Positions 34,974 through 46,812 are shown, numbered from the stretch's first letter. The stretch is 64,000 nucleotides of DNA from an uncultured virus (IMG/VR IMGVR_UViG_3300046010_007863) (IMGVR_UViG_3300046010_007863); one strand, 5' to 3'. The notes: generated by a model from the letters alone, not told the origin. Numbers and translations are program-made.

Positions 34974-36877
34974 TGGCAGATTTAGTAAAAAAGGATATTC
35001 GTTATCTCTCAAGAGATTTCGGTTCATTGAGACAGAATCTTATAGATTTTGCAAAAAACTATTTTCCAAATTCATACCAAGATTTCAACGAATCATCACC
35101 TGGTATGATGTTTATGGAAATGTCTGCATACGTCGGCGATGTGCTTTCGTATTATACGGATGTTGCACTCCAAGAGTCAATGATACTACAGGCATCCGAA
35201 ACTCAAAATATAATAAATCTTGCTCAATCATTTGGTTATACACCAAAGACTTCTGTTGCTGCTAATGTTTCAATAGACGTATTTCAGATTGTACCTGCTA
35301 TCGGTACTGGCGTGAACAATACTCCCGATTGGAGTTACGCTTTTGCAATAGAGCCTGGTATGATTGTTGCTGACGAATCTGATAACTCCATACAATTTAG
35401 AACAATAGAATATCTTGATTTTAGATTTAGTAGTTCTTTTGAACCAACTGAAGTAACTGTTTTTGAGGTAGACGATTTAGATTCTACGGAACCAACTTTT
35501 TATCTGCTGAAAAAGTCTGTAAAGGCAGTTTCTGGTGTAATAAAAACTTCAAGTTACTCTTTTGGTTCCCCAAAACCATATGATAAAGTCATTCTGAACG
35601 ACGATAGAATCATAGAAATACTATATGCGATAGATTCAGACGGAAACAAATGGACGCACGTGCCTTATCTCGCACAAGATACTATCTTTGAATCTGTTGC
35701 AAACATACCAAGAAATGATAAACAACTGAGTTCATATAGAACTGAGACACCTTATTTGTTGAAATTGAATAGGGTTTCTAGACGATTTTCTTCAAGAGCT
35801 TTTGGAAATAACTTCACCAGTTCATATGAAATAAGTTTTGGTGCTGGTGTTTCTGACTTTGACGATGAAGAACTAATACCAAACCCAGATTTGATTGGTT
35901 CATCTCTTACTGGAATTGAATCATCAACATCTCCAAATATAGACCCATCTAATTTTTTGTACACAAAAACTTATGGATTAGCCCCAAACAATACCACACT
36001 CACAATATATTACACACAGGGTGGTGGTGTAAGAGACAACGTTGCATCAGAAAGACTGACACGAATTGTAAGTAAAACTATACTTTTGGATGAAACCGGT
36101 CTAGACATAACACTATACAATCAAGTAATTGGTAGTATCGCAACAACAAACCCTGAACCTGCTACTGGTGGTAAGGATGGTGAGACAATAAATGAAATTC
36201 GTCAAAATGCTCTCGCATCATTTGCCTCACAGAATCGTGCAGTTACAAAAGAAGATTATATTATTCGGGCATATAGTCTTCCGCAGAAGTACGGGTCAAT
36301 AGCAAAGGCATACATAACAAAAGACACACAACTTACAGAAGAATCCATATTCAATAGCGATAGAGTTGCAAACGATTTAGCATTGAACTTTTACGTTTTG
36401 GGATATGATTCAAATAGTAAACTAACAACAATAAATGTTGCAACCAAAGAAAATCTAAAAACATATTTGGGTCATCATAGAATATTGACAGACGCAATAA
36501 ACATAAAAGACGCATACATAATAAACATCGGAATTGAATTCGATATAATTACAATGCCAGATCAAAATGGAAATCAGGTTGTATTGAGATGTATAGATAA
36601 ACTAAAACGATACTTTGATATAAAAAGATGGCAAATAAATCAACCAATCGTTATAAGTAATATCTATACCGAACTCGATAGAGTTGAAGGTGTTCAAACC
36701 GTATCTAATGTTAGAATAGTGAATTTTTATGATACTACTCTTGGATATTCGAAATATTCTTACAACATAGATACCGCAACTAAAAATGGTATAGTTTTTC
36801 CATCACTTGATCCATCAATTTTTGAAATAAAATACCCTGATAATGATATTATTGGTAGAGTGAGGGCATTCGGATGA
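34973..36877 (+). CDS. Baseplate wedge protein, gp6/baseplate-J-like
   Basis: YLSRDFGSLRQNL, DFNESSPG, AYVGDVLSYY, ATGGKDGET.NEIRQNA, QNRAVTKEDY. Confidence 0.9.
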   Translation: MADLVKKDIRYLSRDFGSLRQNLIDFAKNYFPNSYQDFNESSPGMMFMEMSAYVGDVLSYYTDVALQESMILQASETQNIINLAQSFGYTPKTSVAANVSIDVFQIVPAIGTGVNNTPDWSYAFAIEPGMIVADESDNSIQFRTIEYLDFRFSSSFEPTEVTVFEVDDLDSTEPTFYLLKKSVKAVSGVIKTSSYSFGSPKPYDKVILNDDRIIEILYAIDSDGNKWTHVPYLAQDTIFESVANIPRNDKQLSSYRTETPYLLKLNRVSRRFSSRAFGNNFTSSYEISFGAGVSDFDDEELIPNPDLIGSSLTGIESSTSPNIDPSNFLYTKTYGLAPNNTTLTIYYTQGGGVRDNVASERLTRIVSKTILLDETGLDITLYNQVIGSIATTNPEPATGGKDGETINEIRQNALASFASQNRAVTKEDYIIRAYSLPQKYGSIAKAYITKDTQLTEESIFNSDRVANDLALNFYVLGYDSNSKLTTINVATKENLKTYLGHHRILTDAINIKDAYIINIGIEFDIITMPDQNGNQVVLRCIDKLKRYFDIKRWQINQPIVISNIYTELDRVEGVQTVSNVRIVNFYDTTLGYSKYSYNIDTATKNGIVFPSLDPSIFEIKYPDNDIIGRVRAFG

Positions 36878-38046
36878 TATACACCATTTATCCTAAATTT
36901 GATTCTACAATATATGAAAGAACAGAATCTCTAAATACTGGTACAGACCAAATTTTGGAATTATCCCATCAATTGGTAGGTAGTTCATCAAAATACAACA
37001 GTAGAATTTTGATGAAATTTGATGTATCAGGTATAGAATCGGACGTAAACTCTGGAAAAATATCTTCAAACGCAAAATATTACTTACAGCTAAGGACTGC
37101 AGACGTTAGAGAAATACCACAAGAATATACAGTATATGCATATCCTATAAGTGGTTCTTGGGTAAACGGAACGGGTAAATATAATAACACACCGATAACA
37201 ACAGATGGTGTTTCTTGGAAATATCGTTCTTCTAAGTCAGTTGGAAAATTATGGGGTGTAACCGAAGTAACTGGTGGTCTAAATTATGAATGGGATGAAA
37301 TATCCGATAGCTGGGTGGATGCTAATCTAATTTTTGGAGCATTATATGCTTCGTCAACCGGTTCATACTTCTCATCAGTCGGTGGGGGAACATGGTGGAC
37401 ATTTGAAAATACTATATGTACACAGTCATTCTCATATGAATCATCTGACATTTATATGAATGTTACTTCAATCGTAAAAAAATGGATAACTGGATCTGGT
37501 AGATTTGATAACGAAGGATTTATACTAAAATTTTCAAACGATATAGAGTCCTCAACGGAAACACTTCCTAGCTTGAAATTTTTCTCAACTGATAGTAACA
37601 CGATTTATGTCCCAAGACTTTTTGTTGTATGGGATGATTCATCATTTCAGACTGGTAGCCTTACACAACTTTCTTTAGATGATACACTAATCAATGTAAA
37701 TCTAAAAAAATCATATTCTGAAACAGAAAAGGCAAAAATACGAGTATATGTGAATAGTAAATATCCACAAAAAACATACACAACACAGTCATATTACACA
37801 CAAAATTATTTTCTACCAACATCTTCTTATTACGAAATCAGAGATGCACATACAGACGAAATTATAATTCCATTCGATAAGACTGGTTCAAAACTTAGCT
37901 GCGATGGAGATGGTAATTATTTCAAATTGTGGATGGATTCATTTCAACCAGAAAGATTTTATAGAGTTTTAATCAAATCGGAAACAGATGGTGGCAATAT
38001 ATCTCAAATATTCGATAACCAGTATTATTTCAAGGTTTCAAGATGA
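36874..38046 (+). CDS. Virion structural protein
   Basis: DSTIYE...NTGTDQILE, FFSTDSNTIYVPRL..WDD, QPERFY; baseplate operon. Confidence 0.7.
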   Translation: MIYTIYPKFDSTIYERTESLNTGTDQILELSHQLVGSSSKYNSRILMKFDVSGIESDVNSGKISSNAKYYLQLRTADVREIPQEYTVYAYPISGSWVNGTGKYNNTPITTDGVSWKYRSSKSVGKLWGVTEVTGGLNYEWDEISDSWVDANLIFGALYASSTGSYFSSVGGGTWWTFENTICTQSFSYESSDIYMNVTSIVKKWITGSGRFDNEGFILKFSNDIESSTETLPSLKFFSTDSNTIYVPRLFVVWDDSSFQTGSLTQLSLDDTLINVNLKKSYSETEKAKIRVYVNSKYPQKTYTTQSYYTQNYFLPTSSYYEIRDAHTDEIIIPFDKTGSKLSCDGDGNYFKLWMDSFQPERFYRVLIKSETDGGNISQIFDNQYYFKVSR

Positions 38047-39833
38047 TTCGTATAGAACAATTTTTATTTGAGCAATACGTTGAAGAAACTCAGGCAGAAT
38101 CTATAATATCTGAATTTCCCAATATTATGTTCAATACAACTGATGAGTTTTTTGAATTTTTTGAACAACGTAATATAAAGTTGGTAAAAAAAATTGCAAA
38201 TAATCCAAGAAAAGAATCATATCCACCAAGAGAGGAATTACTTCAAAGACTGAAGGAATTCAAATCATCCACAGATTATGATTATGTAAAAAAATACATA
38301 GCAAAAGAAACTTTGATACGAAATGAAATTTCTGCTGGAAACATAACAAAAGATACAAATTTACTAGACAGTATAAAGTCTGAACCATTGGATCCGTTTT
38401 TTGGTTTTATAGTCAGAAAAATTCTAACTGGAAGTGAAAGTGGAGTTCTTCCATCGGAAGAGCTAAAAAATATTCTAAATGAACTGACTAAAAAAACACA
38501 ACAAGACATAGATACTACTGTAGCCGTTACTAGGGATGAAACGGGCAGAGTAACATCATTTGATAATTACATCAGAAATAGAGGTTCTATAAACGTAGAA
38601 GTTCTCGATGAGAGATTCACAATAACTTCAGTAAATTATGTGGTTCCAAATGAATTCAAAAGTTTACCAGATGCAATTGTTGCTGAAAAAAATGTATTGA
38701 AAAAAGCAGCTGAATTTGTTACACTATTTCCGAGTCAAGGTGGTGATGGAAATGAAACTGGAACGGGAACAGGAGTTCCAACAGATCAACAATCTCTTAC
38801 TGAAAATTTGAAACGATTGATAGTAGAAGATTCAAACACAGTACCTTCATTACAAGCAAAAGTGCAAAATTTATCTGAACAGGTAGACAACCTAAATGAG
38901 TTAGTACAACTAAAACAAGAGGGTATAGACGACCTTTCTCGTGTGATAGAAGAGCTGTCAGATAAACGTAATCAAATTCTAGATGAAAATGCTATAAAAG
39001 ATGACACAATTATTACTTTGAATGAAGTGATAGATTCTACTATTACCGAATTGGAAGGTAAAGTATCTGAACAACTTACAAATACCGCAGACGCTTTCGA
39101 TGCATTGGCAACACAACTTGAAGCCCAAGCCAAGAAAGCAGAAGAGTCGGCAGCAAAACAACTTGCCGCATTTGAAAAGGCCGTTGGTGGTATTGCTGAT
39201 GCACTCAAACCAAAAGAACCAGAACCAGAACCTGGAAATCCTGCTGCTGATATTATCAAACAGATATTTACTGAATGGGATAAGATATATGCAATATCTA
39301 ACAGTAGATACTCATCAGTTGAAAGTATATTGAAAACGTTAGAAGTAAAATCTCCGCCATCAAGACTCGACTACATATTTGTTCCACCAGCCGCGAGTAA
39401 TTCATTTGGTCCTGGTCAAGAAATAAACCAAATTCTAAAATGGAATGATACATATAAATCTCAATTTAAAGACTTGGTAAATGGAGTTACTGATAAGACA
39501 AAGGCAAATTCTATACTTACAGAGACAAAAAAATTATCATCAAACAATGGTGGAATATCTGATATAAAAAATGTGATAGAAGTTGTATTTGATGAGTGGT
39601 CTGGAGATATTGGTGGTGCACTGGGAGTTGGAAGACCTATTGTAAGAAAATCAATTTTAGAAATGGATCCTACTTATTCATTTACTGGTAAAACTGATGG
39701 GGATACAAAAACAAAGGGAATAAGTCTAATAAGAGCTACAAATGATACACAGATGATACTACGAGTATTGAGAATTTTATCTGAAATAAGTAATGTTGTT
39801 GATAGAGGCGGGTCTTGGCTAAAAATAGGATAA
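38043..39833 (+). CDS. Coiled-coil putative structural protein
   Basis: Heptad-rich central region; operon context. Confidence 0.6.
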   Translation: MIRIEQFLFEQYVEETQAESIISEFPNIMFNTTDEFFEFFEQRNIKLVKKIANNPRKESYPPREELLQRLKEFKSSTDYDYVKKYIAKETLIRNEISAGNITKDTNLLDSIKSEPLDPFFGFIVRKILTGSESGVLPSEELKNILNELTKKTQQDIDTTVAVTRDETGRVTSFDNYIRNRGSINVEVLDERFTITSVNYVVPNEFKSLPDAIVAEKNVLKKAAEFVTLFPSQGGDGNETGTGTGVPTDQQSLTENLKRLIVEDSNTVPSLQAKVQNLSEQVDNLNELVQLKQEGIDDLSRVIEELSDKRNQILDENAIKDDTIITLNEVIDSTITELEGKVSEQLTNTADAFDALATQLEAQAKKAEESAAKQLAAFEKAVGGIADALKPKEPEPEPGNPAADIIKQIFTEWDKIYAISNSRYSSVESILKTLEVKSPPSRLDYIFVPPAASNSFGPGQEINQILKWNDTYKSQFKDLVNGVTDKTKANSILTETKKLSSNNGGISDIKNVIEVVFDEWSGDIGGALGVGRPIVRKSILEMDPTYSFTGKTDGDTKTKGISLIRATNDTQMILRVLRILSEISNVVDRGGSWLKIG

Positions 39834-39836
39834 ACA

Positions 39837-42800
39837 ATGGCAAACTTTGAATATAAAAATATTGACGAAATACGTTCCGAAAATTTTCCAAAAAGAGGTG
39901 TTACCATTCCTTTGGAAGACTTGGCATTATTAGAGAAACGAGTAGTTGTTCCTGATTTTGATCCAAACTTTGTTGACCCAATAACAAATACAAATCCATT
40001 CAATATAGAACTCCACACTTTTCTAAGAAACTTGGGGTACATTAGATCTGCCTATAATATAAACACGTTTTATTTAGATTCAACTAGTGAAATTCCAAAA
40101 CTAAGATTACAGATTCATAAAGACTTAGAGAATTTGAATGTACCACCGACTGAATATAAGGTGGTTTATAATTTCTTGAGAAACATGATAGGTTCTCATG
40201 AATCTGGTAACAATCTTTTTATATCTGATATTTCTGATGATCGAAAAGAATTGAAACTTTCATTAGTTTCACCGGAGTCAGTAACTGGTAGATTGGAGCT
40301 TGCTAGATTTGTTCTTGAAAACATTAGACCAAAAACATTCCTACCACCAATTGTTTTAAATTTTGGTGAGAATAAATTAGTAGACGTAATAAATGTTACA
40401 TCAGATGGAGACCCAGTATCTTTTTATGTAAAGTTGTTTGAACCACTTCCACCGGACTTGGATTTATTCTTTACGTGTTGGGTTTCTATAAAGATAATGA
40501 AACCGTATATTGATACGGTAAACATACTACCTGAAACATTTGAACCAGAAGTACCATCAATACAAGGACCTAATTTTGAAGTTGATTATGACTACTGGAT
40601 AACATCTGATACCGAGTATAAATCATGGACAGACATATTGAGTGAAAATGTTCAAACTTCTGAACAATTACTCAATAGATACCTGACTGGCTCTAATCTT
40701 CCAGTCACATTGAATATAGATTACTCTGAATTCAAAAACTTCATTTACTATTCAAATGCAAGAGACCGTGTAGAGAACTTTTTATACAAAATGGAACTTG
40801 TGGAGTTTTACAATAATGAACTCGGTAGAATAAATGGAATATCTGGATCAGTTGGTTCAAATAGAATAAAAATTCAACTTTTGAGAGATAAAGTTATCTC
40901 TGGTTTTGATGGTTTTGAAAAATACTTGTATTATGATTCGACTGGCAGTTTCAGTTACACGTATCAAATAAGTGCATCAATTTCACCGTACCCAAAATAT
41001 GAATTGAACTCGACTGCTAGTGTTTATGATATATCAACTAAAGTAGGAAAATTCAATTTTTACTCCTATACATCTTCGTTTGTTGAGGATTGGTCTGATT
41101 CTATAATAACACTTGCAAACGAATACGATGCGAAAAATTATTATGCCCTCTCAAAGGCACTACCAGACCACATTCGAGAAGACTCTGATAACGAACAAGC
41201 TGTTACATTTGTCAATATGCTTGGACAACATTTTGATATAATGTATCTATACACAGATCACATTTTGAAAAAGAATCTTCGAGAAGAAAATCCTAGATCT
41301 GGTTTATCTCAAGATTTGATTTATGATGCAACTCGTAACTTTGGTTGGACTCTTTCACATGGAACACAGACAAAGGATTTATGGGAATATGCCCTCGGAC
41401 TAAGTGGTAGTACAGAACCAATATGGACTGGTAAAACAACTATAGGCAAGTATTTTTCCAAGACATATGAAGAAAGAACTAAAGAAGTATGGAGACGTAT
41501 TTTCAATAATCTCCCATATATTTACAAAACAAAAGGAACTGCTCGTGGTATAAAGGCTTTACTTGCTGCCTATGGTATTCCACAAACTCTTCTAACGATA
41601 AGAGAATTTGGTGGACCCGATAATGCAGATTTAGGAATTATTCCAAGAACAGAGTGGGAAAAACATACTTACTATCTAAACATCAGAGGGTCTTTACCAG
41701 TACCAACTGTACCAAATTATGTAACTACTCCTTGGGAAAAAATAACAACACCAACTGGTTCATGGTTATATCCTGATACTCTAACATTCCGTTGGAAGAT
41801 GGAACCAGAATCAAGATATTCCTATACTGGAAATCAAATACAAACTCTTCTTCAAAAAAATTCTGGAAGTAGAGTTGATTGGTTTGTAACTATGGAGAAG
41901 AATGGAACAGATGTTGGTAAAGGTTCTGTTACTTTTTGGTTAGGTAATGGAACTACTTATACGTCTGCATCAATATATGACGATTATTTCTACGATGATG
42001 TGCCTCTGAATCTTATGATAACAAGAGAGTATAGTAATGATGCAACATCATCAAATCAAATTTACAGATTCTATGTAAAGACTTCTAAGTACGGAAAACT
42101 TGTAATAGAACGTTCTGGTAGTATTGTTGTAAATGGAACAACTAGCGGTAGTTACAATAGGTCTTGGTCGTCTGATGGAACATTATACATTGGCTCTGGT
42201 TCGAATCCACAAACCAGTAACATACTATCAGGTTCAATTTTTGAATTGAGATATTGGACAAATAAACTAAATGAGAGTTCTTTCAACAACCATGTCATGG
42301 CACCTCGTGCATACAATGGTAATACAGCAACATCATCATTCTACGATTTACAAGCACAATTCAAGTTCTGGCAAGAATTTGATACGACTCAAACATCAAG
42401 TATCGTAAGTTCTCACCCAGACCAAACAAAGACAAGTTTTTACACATCTCCAAAATCTGCCTCATTGATTGGTTTTAACTATGATGCGTTTGAATCAATA
42501 ACCGAAACCTATAATATGGAAGTTGCAACGGTTGGAAACAATACTCCATTTTCTGAAAAGGTAAGGATTGACTCTGGTTCTTTGATTGGTGGATTAGATC
42601 CAAACTATTCGTCTGAAGTTTCTCAATTTGATAAGTTTAGTATTGATTCTAACAAATTGATGGTTGCGTTTTCTCCACAGAATATTATAAATGAGGACAT
42701 ATACGAGGCAATCGGATATACTACTATTGATGATTATTTTGGAGAATACTCCAATATTGATAAAGAAGAATATCCAAAACTAAAATGGTTTGCCCGTGAA

Positions 42801-43859
42801 TATTGGAAAAAATATCCAAACAAGAATGATTTTACGGCATACATACGACTAATATCTCAATTTGATTTGAGTGTTTTTGAACAGATACGTCAAACACTTC
42901 CGGCCCGTGTAAATGAGATACTTGGTTTGGTAATTGAACCAAATGTACTTGAACGTTCAAAAGTAAAAGTAGTAAGAAACTTTAGTGGAGAACCAAACAA
43001 CTCACTACGAACAAACGAAATATCATCATCAGGTACACCAACGGTTTCTGTATCTTCTAAAAAAGCAACTATCTTGATTGGATTTGAAAATGAAAGTTCT
43101 TATCAAGAAATTGAAGGTGAATTTGATATACCACTTGAAATAGAATCTTCTCAAGATATAAATGTGTCTGGTGATTATAATCAAGTTGTAACACCAACTG
43201 GATTTGCAAAACCATATTCTGCAATTATATCGAGTTCAAGAGGTCACGTTGCCAATTTTATACGCGATAGGTTTACACCAATAAAAACAAGTATACAAAT
43301 ATCAACGAGTTCTATTTCGTCTCAATATGTAAACTATTTTTCAGTTATCGCTAACAAAAATTTTGGTAAAGTAATAGCCAACATTTCTTCTGTATTTGGT
43401 TCTGGAAGTTCTACTCTGTTTGCGTTGTTTGATACAAATTTCTCAAGCCCTTCTAAAAAACTAAATGTTGAATATTTTGAAGGAAGCCCTGATGTTGGTT
43501 ATGGAACTGGATGGGCAACATCTAGTGTAGATTCTGGAAAATCTACATTCGTATTTACAACGTATCAATCATATAGACTTGATAATTATTATAGTGCTTA
43601 CAAGTTTTATTATACGAGTAGTAGAGATATTGATGAAAGAAACTACTCTTCATATCAATTTGTAACCGCAAGTTTTGAAAATCCAAATAATTTGACTAAT
43701 TCAATTCGTAATCAAAGATTTGAAGGATGTAAATTATCAGGACCGGATGTAAACATTGAAACAAGATCTACACCAGATGGAAAGGCCGTTGTAGAATTAT
43801 TTTTCGTAGATCCGAATCAAATAAATCTAAATCAGTATTCTGCGAATAGTGGAATCTAA
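39837..43859 (+). CDS. Large baseplate protein (gp7/tail-P2-I-like with LamG-like domain)
   Basis: MLGQHFD, NNLPYIYKTKGTARGIKALLAAYG, LYIG...SGSIFELRYW, GLVIEPNVLERSK. Confidence 0.7.
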   Translation: MANFEYKNIDEIRSENFPKRGVTIPLEDLALLEKRVVVPDFDPNFVDPITNTNPFNIELHTFLRNLGYIRSAYNINTFYLDSTSEIPKLRLQIHKDLENLNVPPTEYKVVYNFLRNMIGSHESGNNLFISDISDDRKELKLSLVSPESVTGRLELARFVLENIRPKTFLPPIVLNFGENKLVDVINVTSDGDPVSFYVKLFEPLPPDLDLFFTCWVSIKIMKPYIDTVNILPETFEPEVPSIQGPNFEVDYDYWITSDTEYKSWTDILSENVQTSEQLLNRYLTGSNLPVTLNIDYSEFKNFIYYSNARDRVENFLYKMELVEFYNNELGRINGISGSVGSNRIKIQLLRDKVISGFDGFEKYLYYDSTGSFSYTYQISASISPYPKYELNSTASVYDISTKVGKFNFYSYTSSFVEDWSDSIITLANEYDAKNYYALSKALPDHIREDSDNEQAVTFVNMLGQHFDIMYLYTDHILKKNLREENPRSGLSQDLIYDATRNFGWTLSHGTQTKDLWEYALGLSGSTEPIWTGKTTIGKYFSKTYEERTKEVWRRIFNNLPYIYKTKGTARGIKALLAAYGIPQTLLTIREFGGPDNADLGIIPRTEWEKHTYYLNIRGSLPVPTVPNYVTTPWEKITTPTGSWLYPDTLTFRWKMEPESRYSYTGNQIQTLLQKNSGSRVDWFVTMEKNGTDVGKGSVTFWLGNGTTYTSASIYDDYFYDDVPLNLMITREYSNDATSSNQIYRFYVKTSKYGKLVIERSGSIVVNGTTSGSYNRSWSSDGTLYIGSGSNPQTSNILSGSIFELRYWTNKLNESSFNNHVMAPRAYNGNTATSSFYDLQAQFKFWQEFDTTQTSSIVSSHPDQTKTSFYTSPKSASLIGFNYDAFESITETYNMEVATVGNNTPFSEKVRIDSGSLIGGLDPNYSSEVSQFDKFSIDSNKLMVAFSPQNIINEDIYEAIGYTTIDDYFGEYSNIDKEEYPKLKWFAREYWKKYPNKNDFTAYIRLISQFDLSVFEQIRQTLPARVNEILGLVIEPNVLERSKVKVVRNFSGEPNNSLRTNEISSSGTPTVSVSSKKATILIGFENESSYQEIEGEFDIPLEIESSQDINVSGDYNQVVTPTGFAKPYSAIISSSRGHVANFIRDRFTPIKTSIQISTSSISSQYVNYFSVIANKNFGKVIANISSVFGSGSSTLFALFDTNFSSPSKKLNVEYFEGSPDVGYGTGWATSSVDSGKSTFVFTTYQSYRLDNYYSAYKFYYTSSRDIDERNYSSYQFVTASFENPNNLTNSIRNQRFEGCKLSGPDVNIETRSTPDGKAVVELFFVDPNQINLNQYSANSGI

Positions 43860-43879
43860 AGGAAAATAAAGAATATGTA

Positions 43880-43887
43880 TATTTATA
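43880..43887 (+). promoter_or_regulatory. Putative phage late-promoter motif TATTTATA
   Basis: Recurs in short intergenic gaps at 13411, 18855, 20673, 24229 and 57889, and inside gp25 at 34921. Confidence 0.5.
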
Positions 43888-43921
43888 TGAGTAACATTAT
43901 ATTCAACAAGGAGTAACTAAC

Positions 43922-44599
43922 ATGGGTTATTTAGACAATACCTCGATTACCGTAGATGCCATCTTGACAAAGAAAGGTCGCGAACTTTTGGCAAAAGGTA
44001 GAAACAATTTCAAAATTACACAGTTTGCATTAGCAGATGATGAAATTGATTATGATTTATGGAATCCAGCACACCCACTTGGATCTGATTATTATGGTGT
44101 TGCAATCGAAAATATGCCAATAACAGAGGCGGTTCCAGACGAAACACAATCAATGAAATATAAATTGATTACACTTCCAAAAGGAACAACTGCAATTCCA
44201 TATTTGACATTGGTAACGCCACAAACAGTTTCACTTGTAGCCGGAACAATTCCACAAGGACAGAATATAATCCCAGAAACAAGATTCAACGGGACAAGTG
44301 TACAGGCAACTGCACTAAATGCTCAGTTGGGTTACACCGCAACTCTTTTAGACAGTACCTATATGACAATTACAGGTCGAGGCATCGCAAATGCCAACAA
44401 CCCAGTTGCATCTATGTCAGGAGATTCTGAAACAGCAAACTCTATGTCAGTAATAGGTTTAGAATTTCAGGTATCACCAAAGCCAGCTGCTGATTTCATT
44501 TCTACCACAAAAACAACAAAGGTTATTGTAACTGCAAATGAAACTGGTGGTAGAATTGTAGTGAATGTTACTTTAGATAAACGACCAACCGGTTTATAA
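43922..44599 (+). CDS. Virion structural protein (baseplate/tail-associated)
   Basis: MGYLDNTSITVDAILTKKGRELLA...ITQFALADDEIDY, pattern familiar from large myoviruses. Confidence 0.75.
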   Translation: MGYLDNTSITVDAILTKKGRELLAKGRNNFKITQFALADDEIDYDLWNPAHPLGSDYYGVAIENMPITEAVPDETQSMKYKLITLPKGTTAIPYLTLVTPQTVSLVAGTIPQGQNIIPETRFNGTSVQATALNAQLGYTATLLDSTYMTITGRGIANANNPVASMSGDSETANSMSVIGLEFQVSPKPAADFISTTKTTKVIVTANETGGRIVVNVTLDKRPTGL

Positions 44600-44624
44600 G
44601 TAAAAACAAATAGGGAATTTTATT

Positions 44625-45725
44625 ATGTCAAGAATTTATAGAGCTGTCAGTAGACCATTAGATGCAACAAATATGCCAATGGAATCCGCTGAAACTGTTG
44701 TTGAAACACGGGGTCTTTGGTCTAATGGGACAGGAGAGTTGTTTACATTTTTTACGAGCTCATTACAAACAACCTCTTCTAAAGAATATTATTATGAAGT
44801 TTGGAGCTCAGCTTCATTAGATTGTGAAGATGCACAAATATTTTCAGTTGCATACGGACACTATGCTGGTTCGGGTTCTGCATCTCCTGGTGGAGAGATT
44901 AGTGATACTCCTTCCAAGGCAATATATTCACAATATAGACTACTCTGTCTTGAACATGATGAAACATTATTCAAGTTAGGAAATTCATCACAAACAACAA
45001 TTTATGATTTTTACGCCATAAACTTCAATAGAAGTAAAGTTGGTGATAAACTTGACCCAGGAAATTTCCAAATAAATATCGCGGCATTGAGTGGTAGTGG
45101 AAAAGTAAATTCTTCTCACACTGGAAGTGCAGTTCAAGTATCTGGTTCAAACCCACAGATTATAAAACTTATTGATGATTCTGTTGATAAGAGTGACGGT
45201 TTAGGATATAATGGAATACCATCCCCTGTTAGAAATCTTGTTAGTGGTAGTTTGGATGACGGCATTTATAATCCATCAAATCCACATTACTATGGACTAG
45301 TTTATTCAGATATTGGTACAATTCTAATATCTGCGAATTCTTTGAATCAATCATCATCATTCAATACTGTAACTGGAAGTAATGTAGCTGGAGATAATAG
45401 TTATAAGTTGTTCACCGCTATAAGTGGTGCAGCAGTAACAGGTAATGGTTTTACTGCAAGAGCAGTAGATATAAAACATCAAGACTTTTACTTTGTAAGA
45501 ATTTCTAACAACGAATTCAACTATTCTACAAATCCAACATATTATACAGGAAGTGATGGATTTTTGAACAATTCTCAATTTACTCTTGAACCAATTACAT
45601 ATATCACCAGCATTGGTTTATATGACAAAGTTGGTGGAGATTTATTGGCTGTTGCTAAACTAAGCAAACCACTTCAAAAATCTTTCCATAGCGAACTATC
45701 AATTACTGTAAAACTTGAGTATTAA
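44625..45725 (+). CDS. Virion structural protein, paralogue 1 of 5
   Basis: AIYSQYR, KLDPGNF, FNYSTNPTY, YITSIGLY...LLAVAKLSKP. Confidence 0.75.
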   Translation: MSRIYRAVSRPLDATNMPMESAETVVETRGLWSNGTGELFTFFTSSLQTTSSKEYYYEVWSSASLDCEDAQIFSVAYGHYAGSGSASPGGEISDTPSKAIYSQYRLLCLEHDETLFKLGNSSQTTIYDFYAINFNRSKVGDKLDPGNFQINIAALSGSGKVNSSHTGSAVQVSGSNPQIIKLIDDSVDKSDGLGYNGIPSPVRNLVSGSLDDGIYNPSNPHYYGLVYSDIGTILISANSLNQSSSFNTVTGSNVAGDNSYKLFTAISGAAVTGNGFTARAVDIKHQDFYFVRISNNEFNYSTNPTYYTGSDGFLNNSQFTLEPITYITSIGLYDKVGGDLLAVAKLSKPLQKSFHSELSITVKLEY

Positions 45726-45730
45726 AAATT

Positions 45731-46801
45731 ATGACACAAGAAGAAATACTATTAAGAAAAAGTTTACGAAATGGAAAAACATTCACACCATTTGTGGATG
45801 ATATAGACATTTCTCCAAATCAAAAAGAAGTTGTGTCCGCACCACTTTGGTCAAACAATCAAGCATCATTGACTGGAATTTTTACAAGTTCATTCCAATC
45901 TGCAAATCAGAAAAGATATTACTATGAGATATTCAACAGTCAATCCAATTCTTTTGGTGCAGAACCACAATTTAGTTTGGCATATGGTGATTCTATGGGT
46001 AGTGGTTCATCCACTGGTTCGGCTAATCAAAATGTTTACGATTATCCAACAAAAACAGTATATGCACAATATAGACAGATGCTCCTTGACCCAGGTGATA
46101 CATTATTCACATTCAGAAATAATGAAACATCAGAATACATTTATGCCGTAAACATAAATCGTGCAAGATTCAAAGACAGAATGGACACTAAATCATGGCA
46201 GTTGACTTTCAAACACAGTGGTTCTGCAAATTATACAACGCTAATTGATGATGCAACAACTACAACAACAGAATTAGCTCAACAAGGTGGTCGAGTTTAT
46301 AATGTTAGAAGTGGTTCTATTGCAAATGGAATTTATACAGCAGACACAACACCGTGGGGACTTTTCTACCCAGATAGAGGTGTGATAATTTTGAATGGAA
46401 AAGCTTTGGATGCATCGGCTTCTTTCAATACAAGAAGAGTACCTGCGACTGCGAGTGGATTTGATAACACATTCGAATTATTTACATCTATAAGTGGTGC
46501 CATAGCAGCTGATACTGCGTCTTATTCATTCAAAGGAAGAACTAGTGAAGTTATATCATCCACATATTACTTCGTAAGATTATTCAACGGGGAATATAAT
46601 TACTCGTCAAATAATAGTTTTGTTAGTTCAAGCAGTGGAATACTCAAGTATGATTCAATGGTGAGAGACCCACAGGTATATGTAACGTCTGTTGGTATGT
46701 ATGATGATAATCAAGAATTATTGGCGGTTGCTAAACTGAGTAAGCCAATAAAGAAATCGTTTGATAGAGAATTGGTAATAAAAGTTAAATTAGATTATTA
46801 A
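45731..46801 (+). CDS. Virion structural protein, paralogue 2 of 5
   Basis: VYAQYR, YVTSVGMY...LLAVAKLSKP. Confidence 0.75.
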   Translation: MTQEEILLRKSLRNGKTFTPFVDDIDISPNQKEVVSAPLWSNNQASLTGIFTSSFQSANQKRYYYEIFNSQSNSFGAEPQFSLAYGDSMGSGSSTGSANQNVYDYPTKTVYAQYRQMLLDPGDTLFTFRNNETSEYIYAVNINRARFKDRMDTKSWQLTFKHSGSANYTTLIDDATTTTTELAQQGGRVYNVRSGSIANGIYTADTTPWGLFYPDRGVIILNGKALDASASFNTRRVPATASGFDNTFELFTSISGAIAADTASYSFKGRTSEVISSTYYFVRLFNGEYNYSSNNSFVSSSSGILKYDSMVRDPQVYVTSVGMYDDNQELLAVAKLSKPIKKSFDRELVIKVKLDY

Positions 46802-46812
46802 GATAAAAAACT

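Noticed and set aside
42190..42215. GGTTCGAATCC T-loop-like motif suggesting a tRNA
   Set aside because: Lies in frame inside the 1340-aa gene (GSNP) with no cloverleaf around it
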